Source of the DNA: a virus
Lineage: Duplodnaviria > Caudoviricetes
DNA: 52,972 bases
IMG/VR virus record: IMGVR_UViG_3300020420_000019
Location: 1-52,972 of that record
Strand: one strand, 5' to 3'
In this document: positions 11,401 to 22,700 of the stretch, in pieces
Layout: the number at the start of each line of letters is the position of its first letter
How positions within the stretch are numbered: the stretch's first letter is position 1
Program-made: the position numbers and the translations under genes
Notes under the pieces: generated by a model
What the model saw: only the letters and a program-made list of their open reading frames with translations
Told to the model about the DNA's origin: nothing
Database searches by the model: none

Positions 11401-14400
11401 AGAGTTGCTGCATATGATCCTGCAACTGCAGTATACAGTCCATTTGATCCTTGGAATAGAGAAGGTATTCTTAGTAGTGCAAGAAAATTAACACCAAACG
11501 AATCTTCTAAATTTAAGTTTAAAAACTATCTTGCCAGAATGGATAAGTTAGTTCTTAAACCTAGTGATGGCATGACATTACTTCAAGGTGTAGATCAAGA
11601 AGTTCCTCAACCACCTGCTGATCAACCAGATGCTATGACAATAGCAACTATTGTTTGGCCACCATATACATTTGATGTTGAAGATGTACAAATATTTTTA
11701 GTTGATAATCGTAGATACACAATGCGTGACATTGGTGTAATTGAGGATAGAGTGCAGCATTTAGAGAATGTTACAACACTATCTTTCTTAGAACAGAAAA
11801 TTGAAAATTTACAAATTAAAGATGCTGATGGACTTGATAGATTTAAGAGTGGATTCTTTGCAGACTCATTTAAGAGTAGAGATTTAACTGATCCTGCATC
11901 ACCTGTTGATATTGATATTAAAAAAGGCATGATGATGCCATTGAAAGATTTCAATTCAATAGATGTTAATCCAGTCCCATCATCAGAAGTTCCTCCTGAG
12001 CAATTAGATAATGAAGTAGACTATGATTTATTAGATGAGAATACTCAGAAGACTGGTAGAATGGTTTCTCTTAAGTATGAAGAGGTGACAATGGTTGAAC
12101 AGACCTTTGCTACCAGAGTAGAAAACTTAAACCCATTCTTAGTTCATGACTATACAGGTACATTAAAATTAAATCCTACAAGTGATAACTGGATCAATAC
12201 TGTAAACACAACAGGAGTAACAAAGAATAAAACTATTAAGAGACAAACTGTAGATACTAGAGTTAGTTTAACAGAAATAAATGGTGGATTTGGTGAAGAT
12301 GCATTAGCATTAAGTTCTGTAGATAGAGTTCAAAAAGTTGAGAGAGATGATATTACATCAGAAAATACTTTTATAGAAAGTGAAACATTTGATCCTTTCA
12401 TAAGATCAAGAAATATAGAATATAGAGCAAGTGGATTAAGACCAAACTCTAGATATTATCAATTCTTTGATGATCAAGGAAATGTAGATGTTGTTCCTAA
12501 GATTATAGGTGTTGATAATGTTGTTGGTGCGTTCAGTGTCGGAGAAACAATCACAGCATTAGTTAATGGTGAAACATATCGTTTTAGACTCTGTAGACCA
12601 GATCATAAAAAAGGACCTTTTGCTGCTCCTACAAAAACATATCAAACAAATCCTTTAGATATAAACGAGACATTACCTACAGCATATTCGCAAGGTTCTA
12701 CTGTAATTAATATTGACACTGCAGCACTTGCTCAATCAGCACAAGGAGACTTCTTTGGTTTTCTTCCTATAGGAACTGTGGTGGCAGGACAAACTAGTGG
12801 TGCACAGGCAACCATTAGAAATCTAACATTAAATTCAGATGGATTTGGTGACTTAACTGCTGCTATGTGGATTAGAGATCCATATTCAACACCAGAACCA
12901 CTTGCAAAAATTAGATCTGGTGAGAGGGAAGTTAAGGTTACTACTGATAATAATAACTTAGAAGATATTAGGGGTGGAACAACCATATCAGATGCAACTG
13001 CTGTATTTTCTGCAACAGGAACTACAAGAGTTATACAAACTGATGTAAGTGTAACAACATTAGAGACTACTACAATACAAAGAGATGTAACTATTACATT
13101 TACTAATAGAACAACTCCACCACCTCCACCACCTCCTGCACCTGTTATAATCAGACAAGAGGTAGTAGCAGAGGCTCCACAAAGAGGAAGAAGAAGTCGT
13201 TGGAGAAGAAGAAATAGATGGAGAAGAAGAATAAGGAGGAATAGAAGAGCAAGAAGAGGAAGAAGAGGAAGGAGAGGTGGAAGAGATCCCTTGGCACAAT
13301 CATTCAGAGTGGGTGAGGAAGGAGCATATGTAACATCAGTTGACATATTCTTTGCTGAGGTTGAAGATCCAGCTGTGCCTTGGTGGGTAGAAATAAGAAC
13401 AATGGAAGTGGGATTACCAACAGAACAATTGGTATCTCCTGATGCTAGAGTTGATTTAGATGCTAGTGAAGCATTAGTGTCTTCTGATGCATCAGTTGCA
13501 ACTAATATTGCATTCCCATGTCCAATATACTTAGAACCTGATACAGAATACTGTTTTGTTGTAGGATCACCTTTCAACACATACGAAGTATTTACAGCAG
13601 AGATGGGTCAGACTGCTCTTAATGCACAAGAACTACCTGCAGCAGCAGGAAATGTTTATAGTAACCAGTTCTCAGTTGGTTCTATATTCAAGTCACAGAA
13701 CGCATCTACATGGACACCATGCCAGTTTGAAGATATGTGCTTCAAACTTTATAGAGCAAACTTTACTTCAAGTGATGGAATAATTACTTTCCAGAACCCT
13801 CCAATCAGAGCTAATAATGGAACATTACCTGTATTAAAGAAAAACCCAATTCATACACTTCCCAAGAAAGCAACATTAGGAATTACAACTACCACAGATG
13901 CAGGACTTATTGGAACTGTATTTACAGTCGGTAGAACAATTGGAGATGCTTCTGCAACTTACAGATCTGCTGTAATCGAATCTACTGGAGGACCTGTACA
14001 AGGTATTGGAGCTGATGGAATACTTGGTATTAACTCATTTGGTTCTAATTATGGAACACCTAATTCTTTTGTAAATACTTATCCTATAACAGGAAAAGGT
14101 GCAGGTTTAACACTTCATTCTGTGGTTGTTGGTACAGGTCTATCACCTATTACAGGTGTTGCTGTATCTGCAACTGGTTCTGGATATCAAGTAGGAGATC
14201 TTGTTGGTATCGTAACTGCTGATATGGGTGGTTCTGGTTCTGGAGTTAGACTTGGTATCGCTTCTCTTGGTGGATTAGATACTTTATTCCTTACAAATAT
14301 TCAATCAGAAGAATTTACTGTAGGAAATAGTATAACATACAATCATAGTGCAGGAACTGTAATTGATTCTGGTTTAGATGTAACAACATATGATGCTACA

Positions 14401-15750
14401 GGTAGTATGTTTACAGGTGAATATGCTAAGGTTGATTGTTTCAATCATGGCATGTATGGTTCTGGTAACAAAGTTGTTATCACAGGTGCAACCCCTGACA
14501 CTCTACCAACTGTCACATCTACTATAGTTAATAGTACCACGAGTGCTATTGCAATTGGTGACAGTACAGGATTTGATGTGTTTGAAGGAGTACAGGTTAG
14601 TGCAGCAAATACAGGATATGCTATAATAAACAGTGAAGTTATTTCTTACACTGCTGTTGGAATAAACACCTTAAGTGGAATTGTTAGAGGAATAGACAAT
14701 ACTCAAGCAATCAACCATGCTCAAGGTTCTACCATACAGAAGTATGAAATATCAGGTGTTGCGTTAAACAAAATTAACAAGACACATGATGTACAGGCAC
14801 TAGAGAGAAACATGGATAGTTTCTTAATCAAGATTGATCGAGAAGGTAGATCTGTTGACATCTCTGGTATATCTCAACCACAATTATCATTTAACAGTGA
14901 TGCATTTGTTGGAGGAGAGCATGTTCATTCAACCAGAAACATCATGTTTGATACTATAACACCTTTAATGGATGTATTGACACCTACTGGTACTGATGAA
15001 GTAGATATGGTTATGAGAACTGTTTCTGGTACGAGTGTAGATGGTACTGAAGTTTCTTTCTCTGATCAAGGATTTGAGGAAGTTATTATTAACAAAGAAA
15101 CTAAACTACCAAATACAAGAATAATTGCATCTGAGGTTAATGAAAACAACAGATTGACAAACATGTTTAGGAACAAATCAATCACTACTAGAATGTTTAT
15201 ATCTAACGGTGGTAATGAATTTAGTTCCCCAATGGTTTGTTTAGACACAGCTGCGTTCAAGTTTACATCAAATAGAATTAACAAACCTATTGAAGATGAT
15301 AACTACGCACATGATTCTAGAGTTAATCGTTTAACAGGAGATCCACACACCTCATACTATCAGTCTAAGGTGGTATCAATTAAGAATCCTGCAACATCAT
15401 TGAAAGTTATAGTTGATGCTTACAGACCTCAAGACTCAGACTTTAGAGTATTGTATAGTTTGATTAGACCTGATGTTAGTGAAGAAGATCAAAAGTTTGT
15501 TCTCTTCCCAGGTTACAAAAACAATATTGATACTACAGGAGATGGTTTTGGAGATACTGCTATTGATCCTAACGAGAATGATGGTCGTGCAGATAAGTTT
15601 ATCGCATCATCAGATAAATTTATTGAGTATCAGTTCACTGTCAATGAAGTAGAACCCTTTACAGGATTCGTAATCAAGATAGTAATGAACGGTACAGACA
15701 CTGCAAGAGTTCCTATCATTAAAAATATCAGAGCATTAGCACTAGCATGA
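8428..15750 (+). CDS. Large virion structural protein, VrlC/DUF4815-like
   Basis: N-terminus NLNISPYYDDFD...RVLFKPGFPVQARELT, plus APGADR, DRFKSGFFAD and DPLAQSF motifs. Follows gp8 as in other cyanomyophages. Confidence 0.8.
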   Translation: MPQQTNLNISPYYDDFDRTKNFHRVLFKPGFPVQARELTTMQSILQNQVEQFGSHIFKEGSVVVPGGITFDPEYFAVQLDGTHLGTDVEVYLGALKGKKIKGQSSGVVAKVINCITASASNNNNPTLYVKYISPGPSGSFDFFDNSELLILEDSVTYGNTTLNLGSSIASTITVDACLTGSAASIASGVYFVRGSFVRVNEQTLILDQYTNDSTYRVGLQVVETEVAAKEDNSLYDNAKGFSNFAAPGADRLKIELILAKKPVTDFDDTDFIEVVRVREGTIEKENNNNSQYNLILDYLAKRTHDESGDYALKPFIVDVQESLNDRQGSGGVYFENEVTREGREPNDDITALKISPGTAYVKGYEFSTQGEIIDCPKARFLAEEFIEQSFTFRLGNKLVVQDVNGNPTQGSKIDLQSGISSSIVGSAKVYNFALSDAKYKDNSTEFDLHLFDVQLFNTVELNEYATWPKSITIEGNESGARGIAIAAGTASSSITVSNVSGRFLDGEQIIFTNDYNLTRSALKVIRYDINNVENLSQTGFYAKKKLFNVLPVGFDKTDPVQIATNGTVTCPGKTFEVFRPGQIITYTVPGASLPSRNVISEVNADGSDMKLAALTSVPLIFNGALPSGTYTGAIFLGQQQLSKEDNSGLYLPFPKSTIGEVDLTDAELLLSDQVTNESTDANGVLVVNTSALSLNDVTFVAFDQERYQVTYSDGTIATIDDSQVVITSDTLTINNLQFSETGVEVNVTVVKSNIRSKVKEFKKSQSVTITRSSNAASGSNSNISLNDGLTNSALYGLRVQDADISLNCPDAVNVVCIYESLDANAPIFDKLAFTSTDPIFQNAIVGENIIGETSNAVARIVEVDAGNSNISIVYQTIDKFTLLENLTFSESNSTAVLQNIINGKFKDITDSYLLDKGQKEQYYGYSFISRLNDNYIPTKQITVVFDKYDIPATDTGDVFTVASYDPERFTKDVPEIGIGRKRATDTLDFRPRVAAYDPATAVYSPFDPWNREGILSSARKLTPNESSKFKFKNYLARMDKLVLKPSDGMTLLQGVDQEVPQPPADQPDAMTIATIVWPPYTFDVEDVQIFLVDNRRYTMRDIGVIEDRVQHLENVTTLSFLEQKIENLQIKDADGLDRFKSGFFADSFKSRDLTDPASPVDIDIKKGMMMPLKDFNSIDVNPVPSSEVPPEQLDNEVDYDLLDENTQKTGRMVSLKYEEVTMVEQTFATRVENLNPFLVHDYTGTLKLNPTSDNWINTVNTTGVTKNKTIKRQTVDTRVSLTEINGGFGEDALALSSVDRVQKVERDDITSENTFIESETFDPFIRSRNIEYRASGLRPNSRYYQFFDDQGNVDVVPKIIGVDNVVGAFSVGETITALVNGETYRFRLCRPDHKKGPFAAPTKTYQTNPLDINETLPTAYSQGSTVINIDTAALAQSAQGDFFGFLPIGTVVAGQTSGAQATIRNLTLNSDGFGDLTAAMWIRDPYSTPEPLAKIRSGEREVKVTTDNNNLEDIRGGTTISDATAVFSATGTTRVIQTDVSVTTLETTTIQRDVTITFTNRTTPPPPPPPAPVIIRQEVVAEAPQRGRRSRWRRRNRWRRRIRRNRRARRGRRGRRGGRDPLAQSFRVGEEGAYVTSVDIFFAEVEDPAVPWWVEIRTMEVGLPTEQLVSPDARVDLDASEALVSSDASVATNIAFPCPIYLEPDTEYCFVVGSPFNTYEVFTAEMGQTALNAQELPAAAGNVYSNQFSVGSIFKSQNASTWTPCQFEDMCFKLYRANFTSSDGIITFQNPPIRANNGTLPVLKKNPIHTLPKKATLGITTTTDAGLIGTVFTVGRTIGDASATYRSAVIESTGGPVQGIGADGILGINSFGSNYGTPNSFVNTYPITGKGAGLTLHSVVVGTGLSPITGVAVSATGSGYQVGDLVGIVTADMGGSGSGVRLGIASLGGLDTLFLTNIQSEEFTVGNSITYNHSAGTVIDSGLDVTTYDATGSMFTGEYAKVDCFNHGMYGSGNKVVITGATPDTLPTVTSTIVNSTTSAIAIGDSTGFDVFEGVQVSAANTGYAIINSEVISYTAVGINTLSGIVRGIDNTQAINHAQGSTIQKYEISGVALNKINKTHDVQALERNMDSFLIKIDREGRSVDISGISQPQLSFNSDAFVGGEHVHSTRNIMFDTITPLMDVLTPTGTDEVDMVMRTVSGTSVDGTEVSFSDQGFEEVIINKETKLPNTRIIASEVNENNRLTNMFRNKSITTRMFISNGGNEFSSPMVCLDTAAFKFTSNRINKPIEDDNYAHDSRVNRLTGDPHTSYYQSKVVSIKNPATSLKVIVDAYRPQDSDFRVLYSLIRPDVSEEDQKFVLFPGYKNNIDTTGDGFGDTAIDPNENDGRADKFIASSDKFIEYQFTVNEVEPFTGFVIKIVMNGTDTARVPIIKNIRALALA
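13117..13284 (+). repeat. Low-complexity tract: Pro7 followed by an Arg-rich segment (22 R in 34 aa)
   Basis: CCA/CCT run at 13117-13137 and purine-rich AGA/GGA run at 13183-13284. Confidence 0.95.
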
Positions 15751-15959
15751 TCCCTGTTCAAGGACACGATCATCTTTTTAGAGATGAAAAAACTGGAGCG
15801 ATCGTCAATGAAGATCAATCCAGTTATCAAACATATATGCAAATGAAAAAGAAAAAGAAAAAAGATCGTGCAGAAATTGATGAAATGAAAAATGACATCA
15901 GTGAAATGAAAAAAATGATTGAATTGTTAGTAAGAAAAACAATTGTAGAAAAATCATGA
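15747..15959 (+). CDS. Small hypothetical protein with C-terminal coiled coil
   Basis: ATGA overlap with upstream gene. LFRDEKTGAIVN motif recalled from cyanophage hypotheticals at this position. Confidence 0.75.
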   Translation: MIPVQGHDHLFRDEKTGAIVNEDQSSYQTYMQMKKKKKKDRAEIDEMKNDISEMKKMIELLVRKTIVEKS

Positions 15960-16144
15960 GAGATCCTAAACAAGAATTTCTAAGATTTCATTACGGGGAT
16001 GATGCTGTACAGACTAATTTTAGTGATCTAAATGACTTGGAAATCATAAGAAATGATATAGATCGTATAGATAAAAACCTATCTGAAGTTAAATCTCAGT
16101 TACAAGAGCTTGTATTGGAGTTAAGGAAGCTAAATACCTTATAG
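15956..16144 (+). CDS. Small coiled-coil hypothetical protein
   Basis: ATGA overlap; heptad pattern IDRIDKNLSEVKSQLQELV. Confidence 0.6.
   Translation: MRDPKQEFLRFHYGDDAVQTNFSDLNDLEIIRNDIDRIDKNLSEVKSQLQELVLELRKLNTL
16129..16136 (+). promoter_or_regulatory. Probable late promoter variant GCTAAATA
   Basis: CTAAATA about 30 nt upstream of the 16165 start. Confidence 0.5.
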
Positions 16145-16164
16145 GATAATAGTCGGCATAAAAG

Positions 16165-16500
16165 ATGGCAGTATATGTCTCTAACCTGCAGATTGAATCA
16201 GGCTGTGATTTTGAGCATTTATTTGCTCTTGGTGATAATGATAATCAAACAGTCTTAAATCTAGCGGGATTCACAGCATCATCACAACTGCGTAAATGGG
16301 CAGGTGCAACAAGTTATGTTGCCTTTGCATCGACGGTATCTAGTCCATTGGAGGGTGAAATAAAAATCTCTATGGCAAGCACTATAACAACCGACATAAA
16401 ACCTGGTCGTTATCTGTATGATGTTGTCTTGAATGATGGTACGCAAAAGGTAAAAGTCGTTGAAGGAATGGTCACTGTACGAGCAGGGGTAACAAGGTAA
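16165..16500 (+). CDS. Small putative virion protein (Ig-like/BppU-like fold possible)
   Basis: LAGFTASSQLRK, PGRYLYDV, KVVEGMVTVRAGVT; a family repeatedly seen beside cyanophage fibre genes. Confidence 0.65.
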   Translation: MAVYVSNLQIESGCDFEHLFALGDNDNQTVLNLAGFTASSQLRKWAGATSYVAFASTVSSPLEGEIKISMASTITTDIKPGRYLYDVVLNDGTQKVKVVEGMVTVRAGVTR

Positions 16501-16712
16501 TGCCATCATTAAGAGTTGGTACTGGCAGCCAAGTAAAGGTAATTGCTAGTGGAGCATTAGGAGGCGGTGGAGGAGGTAAACTAGTTTTACTCTCTGATGT
16601 AAACGCTAATAATCTAGGTAACGGTAGTTTCCTAGTGTATGATTCAGCGTCTGCCAAATTTGTAGCACAAACAAATCTACCATCTGTAACTATTGATGGA
16701 GGGGAATACTAA
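16500..16712 (+). CDS. Small fibre-associated protein ending IDGGEY
   Basis: TAATG overlaps at both ends; Gly linker, LSDV...NGSFLVYD motif. Confidence 0.7.
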   Translation: MPSLRVGTGSQVKVIASGALGGGGGGKLVLLSDVNANNLGNGSFLVYDSASAKFVAQTNLPSVTIDGGEY

Positions 16713-19700
16713 TGTCTGCAACCATACTGATAAAAAGAACGCAGGGAACATCGCCACCAACCGCAGCACCCGTTGGAACTGGTGTCTCCTTTGGTGAATT
16801 AATCTATACATACGATGTTGCCAATGTAGGTGCAGGTAAATCATATAAGAAATTATACATTGGTGATCCAAGTGGTAACACTGAAGCACCAATACCGATC
16901 GGTGGTGAATATTATACACAGGTAATAGCAGATAACCCTGCAGATTTTGGTAAACCAGTTGCCAACAAAGCAGTTATTCTTAACTCTGATGCTAAGGTAT
17001 CAAGTTGGACTGTTGCAACAGATTTACTAGTAGGAGCTGCAGCAACTGTTTCTGGAGATTTGAGTGTTTCTGGTGACTTAAATGTTACTGGTGATATTGT
17101 ATATGATGAAGCAAATGCTAGAAATTTCAATATCACAGGTGTTGCTACTATTGCTACACTTGGAATAACAAGTTCATTAGAAGTAGAAGTTTCTACAAGT
17201 GGAGTTGGTGTTGTTACTGCACTATCAGGTGTTGGTGGTACATTTTTAGATTGGAACGCTACATCAGCACAGTTTGAACAAGTCAATGTAAGTCATGCTA
17301 CTACAGTTAAAAACTTAACAGTTACTGGCATATCTACAATTGAGAACAACTATGACTTCAGAACTCAGTTAATTAGAATTGGTAGAGAAGCAGGTGTATT
17401 AGAGACAGATGGTAACGATCGTCAAGGGTTCTTTATTGGTAACTTTGCAGGATCAGAAGCAGGTATAACAACTCTTACAAAAAGAAATATTGCTATTGGA
17501 CATAGTGCTTTCCAAAAAGGTGGTAAGACACAAGCAGAATCAAACTTATTTGTAGGTAACTTTGCAGGACAAGGAGCAGAAGGTTCATATAATATCTTCC
17601 TAGGAGATAAAGCAGGTCAAGACTTAGGATCTCAAACAATTATTGAATATGGTGAGACAGGTGAAGCTACAACTATTCAATTCTCGAATGGTAGTACTTT
17701 ACCAAATGATCCTTACAATTATAGAGCATATGGTAGTATAGCAGCTGCAAGTATAACCGACATATCAGGTGGTATGTTTGCTATTGCAGTTGAAGCTCTT
17801 AGTGACTTAAGTATTGTTAACACTGCTGTTAGTGGCAACTTGACATTTACTATTGGTGGTGCAAGTAATGGACACTTAGATAAAACTAAAGCAGGACCTT
17901 TTACGGTTAAAGGAACTGATGACTTTGGATTACTTACAGATATTAATGATGCTATTTACTTATCAAGTGGTAGTATAGGATTAAGTGGAACTTATGGATT
18001 CTTAATCGTAAATGCAGGTATAACAACTACAAGTGGTAAAGAAAATCATTTACAGAATATTGCTTTAGGTCGTGAGGCATTATGGGGAGCAGGTATATCA
18101 ACTGATCAAAGTAATAACATTGCTATTGGTGCTTACGCATTATACAATGTTTATGGTAATGATAATATTGCCATAGGACAATCTGCAGGTAAGTATAACA
18201 CTGGTAGTGGTAATGTAATTATTGGTTTAAATCAAGATGTTGCACAAACAACAGAAGATACTCAATTAATAATTGGTTCTGGAGATACAAAATGGATCTC
18301 AGGTAATAATGTTGGCTGGGTTGGTATAGGAACTACTACACCTGACGCTTTACTCGCAGTAAATGGTGATGTTAGTGTATCTGGAGTTGCTACAATTCCT
18401 CAAATTGATGTCAATGATCTTGGTGTAGAAGCAGCGTATGTTACTGCAGGTATTGTTACTTCTTTGGTTGGTACTTACGCAACTATAACAACTTTAGATG
18501 TAGAAACATTAGATGCTCAAAATATAAACATTACTGGAGTTGCTGTTACTGACATAGTTGGTACTGCTGCAACTATATCAGTATTTGATACCGAAACTGC
18601 AGATCTTAAGGATGTTAAAATTACAGCAGGTATCATTACAGACATTGTTGGTACTGCTGCTACAATCACAACACTTGATATTGTAGAAGGAGATATTGTA
18701 AATGCTAAAATTACTGCAGGTATCATTACAGATATCGTTGGTACTGCAGCAACAATTACGACAGTTGATTTTAATACTGCTGATATTGTAACTGCCACAA
18801 TAGGTTCTGGTATTGTTACAACTCTGGATGCATCTTCTGATGTAACCATTGGTGGTGGACTCACTGTAACTCAGTTTGTTGACTTAAACAATAGTCTAGA
18901 TGTAGAAAAAGATTTCAGAGTTGGTGGTGCATCAACATTCGTTGGTAATGTAACATTCAAAGGTGGTACAATTGGTCTTGGTGATTCTATATCAGATAAT
19001 ATTGTATTCAATGCTGATATTGATTCAAGTTTCATTCCTGATGATGACGATACCTATAACATTGGTAGTCCTAGTCAACAATGGAAAGATATCTACATTA
19101 ACGGTGTTGCTTACATTGACGATTTAAGTGTTGATTCACAAGTTGGTACATATGCAACGATTGGAACTCTTGATGTAGAAACATTAGATGCTAAAGATGT
19201 CAATATTACAGGATTAGCAGTCACCGATATTGTTGGTACTGCTGCTACAATAACAACGATTTCTGCAACAGAAGGAGATATCGTAAATGCTAAAATTACT
19301 GCAGGTGTAGTAACATCTCTAGTAGGCACTTACGCAACTGTCTCAACAGTTGACATAGAAACATTAGATGCTAAAGATGTTAATATTACAGGACTAGCAG
19401 TTACCGATATAGTTGGTACTGCAGCAACCATATCAGTATTTGATGCAGAGACTGCTGATCTTAATAATATTAAGGTTACAACAGGTCTTGTTACATCACT
19501 GGTTGGTACATATGCAACGATTACAACTCTTGATGTAGAAACTCTTGATGCTGCAAGTATAAGCATCACTGGAGTTGCAGTAACAGACATCGTTGGTACT
19601 GCTGCAACAATCGCTACTTTAGATGTAAGTAATGGCGATATTCTTAATGCTAAAATTACTGCAGGTGTTGTCACATCATTGGTAGGTACTTACGGTACAA

Positions 19701-22700
19701 TAACAACTCTTGATGTAGAAACATTAGATGCCAAGAATACAAATATTACAGGATTAGCAGTCACTGATATAGTTGGTACTGCTGCATCAATTGCTACGAT
19801 TGATGTTACAGATTTAGATGCCTTAACTGCTAAGATTAATGCAGGTTATATAACTTCTCTATATGACTCTACAGGAGTCGTTGGTGTTAATACTCAACAT
19901 ATGTTGAGCACTAATGCTGCAGGACAAGTTGTATGGAAAGAACCTGCTCAGATTGGTATTGCAACAATCAATGCTAAGTTAGATACATGGTTTGTATCTA
20001 CAAATGGTGTTGATGACGGTGAACCTTCTCGTGGTAGAACAGCAGAAAGACCATTCAGAACAATTGCATATGCTCTATCACAGATCACAAATATTGGTGT
20101 TAATGATGTTCTAAGCGTTTCTGCAGGTGTTTATCAAGAAACATTCCCACTTACTGTTCCAGCTGGTTTAACAATCAGGGGTGCAGGTCTTCGTGCTACT
20201 AAAGTTATTCCTACTAATGCTACTAAGCAAAAGGATGCTTTCTTACTTAATGACAGATCTGTTATTGAAGATATTACCATTGCTGACATGTTCTTCAATA
20301 CATCAGCAAATGAAGGTTATGCGTTCAAGTATGCACCAGGTATTGCACTTACTAGCAGATCACCTTATGTACAACGAGTAACTGTATTCAACAAAGGTAG
20401 TAATGTTACTTCATCTGATCCATATGGTTATGCTTCTGCTGATTCCAATCCATCATCATATCTTTCTGGTGGTGGTGCATACTTAGATGGTTCTGAGGTA
20501 GCATCAGGATCGCTTGAGGCAGCGATGCTGTTCAATGAGGTTACATTTATTGTACCTAACAGTAAAGGTGTTGTATTAACCAACGGTTCTCGTTGTGAAT
20601 ATATCAATTGCTTTACTTACTTTGCATCAGAAGCGATCAAAGGTGTATCTGGATCTCTTGGTATACACTCTGCAGGTCAGACTAGATTAAGATTGACAGG
20701 TATCACAACTGTTGGTGTTGGTAATACAATTACTCTGTTTGATACTGATGGAACCACTGAATTAGGTTCTGCTGTTGTTGCATCTTATGATGGAACTTAC
20801 TTAGGTGTAACTGGTAAACAACTTGGATTTGAAGTTCTTAATGCTAGGACTGCTAAATCAGTAACATTTAATGATGATGCTCAGTTAGATACTACTGTTA
20901 AGAAGTTTGGTACTGCAGCACTTAAGTTAGATGGTAGTAACGATTCTATCAGTGTTCCTTCTAGTGGTGATCTTGGATTTGGTACTAACACAGACTTCAC
21001 AATTGAATTCTGGGCATACTCAAATACAACTGGTCTTTCTAGTGCAACACTATTTGACTTAAGAGACAATGGCACTGATGCTGAAGGTCTAAGTCTTGCA
21101 TATCGTGCTGCAGGTGAAGTTGATCTAAGAGTTGGTACAACTACTGCTATTACTGGATCTGGTGCAGGTATTGCTACTGGAGTTTGGAAACACTTTGCAA
21201 TAGCAAGAGAAGGTACAGACACAAGATTATTTGTTGATGGTACACAAAGAGGTATTAAGTTCTCTGATACTACCGATTATGGTTCATCTAAGGGTATTGT
21301 ATTTGGTGCAGACTTTGATGGTGCAAGCAATAATGTAACAGGTTGGATTGATGAGGTAAGAATTGAAAAAGGTGTTGCTAAGTATACAGCAAACTTCACT
21401 GCTCCTACTTCTGCTCCAACAGGAGATAAAGATACAAAACTACTTTTACACTTTGATGGTACTAGTGGTATTAAGACTACTAGTGACGATGTAATTCGTA
21501 ATCAGGATGTTCGCATCACACAAGCAGGTGGTGGAATTGGAACTGCTACTAAGGTAATTCTAGCAGATTACAGTCAGTTTGGTGCTGACATGCGTTCTGT
21601 TAGTTGTGCAGTTGAGTACGGTCAGAAAGGTATTATCGCTGATGGTGATGGTGTCACATTGCGTCTTTTTGCAATCAACTTTAATATGGTTGGTGCAGGT
21701 GGAGACATTTCTAATGATCCTAACTTAGCAATACAAGCAAATGAAGTTACTGAGTCAAACAACGGTGATGTATCTTATGTAAGTATTGACCAGAAAGGAG
21801 ACTTTAGAGTTGGTGAAGCATTCTTTGTTGATCAAGAAAATGGTACAGTATCATTCTCACAACAAGTAACAAGTCTACAGGCACTATCTAATCTAACGAT
21901 TACTGATGGTTCAAATAGCAGTCAGATTACACCTAACAGTGGTACATTTGGTAACATCCAGATAGCAGGAAATAATATAGAATCTACTTCTGGAGATATT
22001 AACATTGACCCAGCTGGTTCTGGAGACATCAACATTACTGGTGATGTAAACATCTTAGGTATCTTAACTGCTACAGTTATTCAGTTAGATGCGTTCCAGA
22101 AAAATGATACTTCTATTGCTCTAGATGATTCTGGTTCTGATGGCACTATCAGATTTAACACTGATAATGTTGAAGGTATGCGTCTTGATGCCAATCAGAA
22201 AATTGGTATTGCAACTGCTGCACCTAGAGATAGATTAGATGTTCTAGACACTGCTAGATTTGAAAGGATTAATGCTACTGGTGTTGTAACCTTTAGTGAT
22301 ATTGCTGATGTTAATAATATTGATATTGTTGATGCTAAGGTCTTAGCAGGTTTAGCAACTGATTTTGCAATAACAAATGCTAAGATTCAATCTGGTATCA
22401 TTACTGATATCGTTGGTACTGCAGCAACAATCACAACGATTGATGCTTCTGCACTCGATGCTGTTGATGCTAAAATCAATACAGGAATCGTTACTAACTT
22501 TACAGTTGGACAAACAATAGGTAATGGTTCATTAACAATCAACTCTCCTGTTGGTCTTAACAGTCACACAGATATACCTGATAATGTTGAGGTAAGAATT
22601 GGTGACAATACAGACTTCAAGATCTATCATCAAGATACTGATGCATTTAATAACAGAGGACATGTTATTTTACAGCATGCTAATGGTAATACAACTTATG

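Noticed and set aside
12732-13580. 282-aa minus-strand ORF, with Leu- and Gly-rich runs
   Set aside because: Antisense shadow of the VrlC-like gene; its runs are the complement of the Arg and Pro codons.
16690-16720. Programmed frameshift fusing the 70-aa ORF to the fibre
   Set aside because: The junction is an ordinary TAATG stop-start overlap, as at many other junctions, with no clear slippery heptamer.
18430-19860. Recurring ~20-nt DNA repeats resembling a CRISPR array
   Set aside because: The repeats are in frame, vary at third codon positions and have no unique spacers; they are protein repeats.
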